From: Azolla caroliniana | Taxonomy: Eukaryota; Plantae; Polypodiophyta | Length of the DNA stretch: 64,000 nucleotides | Assembly (NCBI GenBank): GCA_043228905.1 | Contig: JBHGNT010000004.1 | Span: 5,518,001-5,582,000, forward strand | Direction: 5' to 3' | Part shown: positions 60,400-64,000 of the stretch, piece after piece | How the letters are laid out: each line of letters opens with the position of its first letter | Numbering within the stretch: the stretch's first letter is position 1 | Position numbers and translations under genes: made by a program | The notes under the pieces: generated by a model | Told to the model about the DNA's origin: nothing | Databases searched by the model: none | The model's input: only the letters and a program-made list of their open reading frames with translations

Positions 60400-63077
60400 T
60401 GTTGGGATTACGGTCCCTCCGGATGGGATGGTCGGATGTCCGGGAATCGGGAATGAAGACCCAAATGAGGAGTGCCCGGTATCGGAGCCGGATGATGAAG
60501 ACCTGGTTCCGGATCCGGATGATGAAGACCCCGGCTACGGAGCCGGATGACGAATGTACCCGGAGAGAGAGATCCGGATGCGGGGACATATTTGTGAATA
60601 TGTTTGCCAAGGGCCCTCTAGGCTATATTTGTAAATAGCCCGAAAGTCATATGTGTATAAATATGACTTAGGGCAAACAATTTTGTTGTTGTTGCTCATT
60701 TTTCTGTTTTCCACTTAGAGGGAGCGAAGTGAGAGCAGCCGAGAGAGAGAGTGAGAGAGACAGAGAAAGGAAGAGGTCGACGCCTCTATGTAATACCGCC
60801 GCCTGTGGCGAGGACAGCGAGCTCAAGGTCGTCGCCTTGCAGCTCGCCATTGTACATTCCCTGCGTATAGTGATAGTTGGAGTCTTGCACTCCCGTGGTT
60901 TTTCCCGTCTAGGGTTTTCCACGCTAAACCCTGTGCATTCGAGTCTCTCTCTGTGTTTTCGATTTACTGCTGCATTGACTCGTGTTTCCTCGGTTGTGGC
61001 CGAGAGGTGAAGGTTTTGAAAGCGTCGATTTCCAACAATCTGGTATCAGAGCGACTGCAGTGCAGAAAATGGAAGGCGGCAGCAGCGGGCAGCCGGGGAT
61101 GATGGTGCTGAATGCGCAGAACTACGCCGACTGGAAGATAAAGATGGAGGATCTGCTCATCGTACGGGACCTGTATGAACCGATCGACAGGTCGGAAATA
61201 CCCAAGGGGGTACTTGAGACGGAATGGAGGCTTCTGAACCGGAAAGCCGTTGCAACCATTCGGCAATACGTCGACGTGAGCGTTCTACAACATGTGGCGA
61301 ACGACACCAACGCATATGAGATGTGGCAGAAGCTGTCGGGCCTCTACGAGAGGAAGAATGCGTTGAACCGGACCTCCCTGATGAGGAAGATAGTGAACCT
61401 CAAGTACCGGGACGGCGAGAGTATGGTGGAACACGTAAGCACGTTCATGGGATTCGTGAACCAGCTTGCGGCGATCAAGTTCCCGTTGGAGGATGCAATG
61501 CAAGCCATCATGCTGATGTGTACATTGCCGGAAAGCTGGGAGAACTTGGTGGTGACTCTCAGCACCTCCTGCACCGAAGATAACTTGTCCCTACAAACGG
61601 TAAAGACAAGCATTTTGAACGAAGAAGCGCGTCGGAGAGATAAAGAACCGGCCTCCGATCCGAAGATGCTGCTTACCGAATCGGATCGGGGAAGACAACG
61701 GAACCGGAGTCCGCAAAGACGGGAGAAGTCGGGGACCCGGTCGCAGTCAAGAGGAAGGCCCACATGCTTCCACTGTGGGAAGCCGGGGCACTTCCGAAAG
61801 AATTGTCGGCATTACCGAAAAGACAACGGAGCTGACGACACCGATTCGAAGAAGTCTTTGGAACGGAACGGTGCTTACCGGGGAGCCACGGACCGGAATG
61901 GTTCGGATCGGCGAGGGCAGGACCGGAAAGGAACGACGGCACTCGCGGCAAGTGAAGAGGAGATCATGCTCATCACCGAAGAAGGTGAACTAAACATTGC
62001 CGGCGATGAGACTACCTGGGTGGTCGATTCCGGAGCGTCGTTCCACCTGACCCCGGAAAGAAGATACTTCTCATCCTACACAGCCGGTGAGCATGGCTGT
62101 GTTCGGATGGGAAATGAAGGTACGTGCCGGATTGCCGGCATAGGAGACGTGTGGTTGACAACCTCGACTGGATGCAAAATGTTGCTGAAGGATGTCCGAC
62201 ACATTCCGGAGGTTCGATTGAACCTGATTTCGGCCGGGAGGCTAGACGATGAAGGCTACACAGGTAGCATCCGGAACGGCGTAATGAAGTTCAGCAAGGG
62301 GAGCCTGATAGTGGCTCGGGCCCGGAAAGTCAACACACTGTACCTTATGAATGCCTGGTTGTGTCCGGAGGAATTGAACGTGGCAGCCGACACTGCCGGT
62401 GAGCTGTGGCACAAGAGACTGTGCCACATGAGTGAGAAGGGGATGAAGAGGCTTGCAGAAGACAACCTTATTCCAGTGAAGCATGTGCACCTGGAGAAGT
62501 GCACCGATTGCCTGGCCGGTAAGCAGAACCGAACCTCCTTCCACTCAAGGCCACCGACGAGACGTAGCGCACCATTGGAGTTGGTGCACACTGACGTGTG
62601 TCAAGTAGAAACAAAGTCACATGGCGGAGCCGAGTACTTCGTGACATTCATTGATGACCACAGCCGGAAGCTGTGGACGGCACCGTTGAAGACAAAGGAC
62701 CAAGTGTTTTGCGTCTTTAAAGAACTCCACGCGAGAATGGAAAGGGAATCCGGCAAGAAGTTGAAAGCGATACGAGCGGATAACGGAGGGGAATACCGGG
62801 GGCAGTTCGAGAAGTACTGTCGCTCGAAGGGAATCCGGCTCGAGTTTACTGTGCCGAAGACGCCGGAACTGAACGGGCTGGCCGAGAGGATGAACCAGAC
62901 TATAATGGAGAGGGTCCGGAGTATGCTGGCGCATGCGAAATTACCCAAGGGGTTTTGGGCTGAGGCAATGTCGACGGCGACATACGTGATAAACAGATCA
63001 CCTTGAGTACCTTTGGACGGAGACACGCCGCAGAGAGTGTGGACCGGTAGGGAAGTATCCTACCGGCATCTGAAGGT
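60400..63077 (+). mobile_element. Element L: Tnt1/Tork-like Copia, 5' part only
   Basis: LTR 60400-61037 (TGTTGG...CCAACA), PBS 61041-61052, then gag-pol. Ends abruptly within the integrase. Confidence 0.92.
61069..63006 (+). CDS. Element L Gag-PR-integrase (premature stop, truncated)
   Basis: NYADWKIKMEDLL, CFHCGKPGHFRKNC, WVVDSGASFH, HTDVC, DNGGEY, NGLAERMN. Confidence 0.9.
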   Translation: MEGGSSGQPGMMVLNAQNYADWKIKMEDLLIVRDLYEPIDRSEIPKGVLETEWRLLNRKAVATIRQYVDVSVLQHVANDTNAYEMWQKLSGLYERKNALNRTSLMRKIVNLKYRDGESMVEHVSTFMGFVNQLAAIKFPLEDAMQAIMLMCTLPESWENLVVTLSTSCTEDNLSLQTVKTSILNEEARRRDKEPASDPKMLLTESDRGRQRNRSPQRREKSGTRSQSRGRPTCFHCGKPGHFRKNCRHYRKDNGADDTDSKKSLERNGAYRGATDRNGSDRRGQDRKGTTALAASEEEIMLITEEGELNIAGDETTWVVDSGASFHLTPERRYFSSYTAGEHGCVRMGNEGTCRIAGIGDVWLTTSTGCKMLLKDVRHIPEVRLNLISAGRLDDEGYTGSIRNGVMKFSKGSLIVARARKVNTLYLMNAWLCPEELNVAADTAGELWHKRLCHMSEKGMKRLAEDNLIPVKHVHLEKCTDCLAGKQNRTSFHSRPPTRRSAPLELVHTDVCQVETKSHGGAEYFVTFIDDHSRKLWTAPLKTKDQVFCVFKELHARMERESGKKLKAIRADNGGEYRGQFEKYCRSKGIRLEFTVPKTPELNGLAERMNQTIMERVRSMLAHAKLPKGFWAEAMSTATYVINRSP

Positions 63078-63242
63078 TAATCTTTCTCCATCTAAGTCAA
63101 GCGTTTAATCTTAATCTCTTTCTCTCTCTCAATCTATCCTAAATACTCTCTCGTTAAGCTTGGTGCGAACTTCAATCCTTCCGGTCCAGAACCCCGGCGG
63201 TTCTGCCTCGCGATTTGCGCCTAGTGACGGATCTTCACGACA
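63078..63242 (+). mobile_element. Terminal fragment of a G-family LTR
   Basis: Reverse complement of 19941-20110, ending GGATCTTCACGACA. Confidence 0.85.
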
Positions 63243-64000
63243 ACGGTTCCAACAGATTGTCGGAAGCCTCATCTATTTGACTATTACTCGGTCGGACCTC
63301 AGTTACCCGGTTGGGATGTGTTGAGAATCAAGCTCAACTTGGTCTAGTGTGTGAACTCACCTTGAGAGTGAATAGACACTCCAACGGTCAAGAGTCACCA
63401 TTATGTCACCACTTTGCATTCTAGCATTTAGTATGAGTCATAGAATCATATTCTATGACACATAACTTATGAGCTTTCACATTCCCCATGCTCCATGAGT
63501 CTTGTAGTTAATGAAGAAAGAGGGTGATTATATAAAGCACCCTCCTCCCACCTTGTAAAATGCGTTGAGTCTTTCTCCTTTGTTAATATACTTAACCTTG
63601 TGTATTCTCTGTGTCTTACTCCTTGTCTCTCTCACTCTCACTCTCTCTCTCACTCACTCACATAACTCACATCTCTCACTTATTCCACTACACAAGAATC
63701 ATACCCGATTCTTTATAGGATGATTAGTCAATTCATGTTGCAGCCTACAGCCGAACACTTTCAGTGGGCGCAAAGGATATTGTGATATGTAAGCGGCACG
63801 AAAGACATGGCGTTGCTATATCGAGCAGGCGTAGCCGAACAGTTAGTCGGCTACACGGATGCCGATTGGGCCGGAAACGCCAGTGATCGTAAATCCACAT
63901 CCGGATACACCTTCTCGTTAGGAAGTGCGGCGATCACGTGGAGCATCAAAAAGCAGCTAACAGTAGCACTGTCGAGCATGGAGGCCGAATATCGAGGGGC
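63243..64000 (+). pseudogene. Copia RT C-terminus and RNase H (probably the continuation of K)
   Basis: FQQIVGSLIYLTITRSDLSY, GYTDADWAG, VALSSMEAEYRG. Confidence 0.88.
63319..63717 (+). mobile_element. Element M: Copia-type solo LTR (399 bp)
   Basis: TSD GGATG both sides. Starts TGTTGAGAATCAAGCTCAAC. End decayed to TTTATA. Confidence 0.9.

Overview
The window is almost entirely nested transposable elements from a plant genome, probably a non-seed plant such as a fern or lycophyte (inferred from the element types). No ordinary host gene is evident. It holds four chromodomain-bearing Gypsy elements (Tcn1-like, called A-D), one young intact non-chromovirus Gypsy with a tRNA-Trp PBS and 4-bp TSD (H), several Copia elements (F, I, K, L) and solo LTRs, nested at least five deep. 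Four things stand out. (1) A 9.4-kb insert carries a spliced, now disrupted gene joining a ParB-like domain to a bacterial-type beta-class DNA amino-methyltransferase. (2) A 12.2-kb Sola2-type DNA transposon carries a 6-exon RING-finger gene and an FCP1-like exon, with introns packed with the palindrome TAGCTAATTAGCTA. (3) The chromoviruses show co-varying self-priming PBS/R pairing. (4) tRNA-like A/B-box cassettes lie antisense in the U3 of several unrelated LTRs. All family assignments come from motif reading by eye, not database searches.
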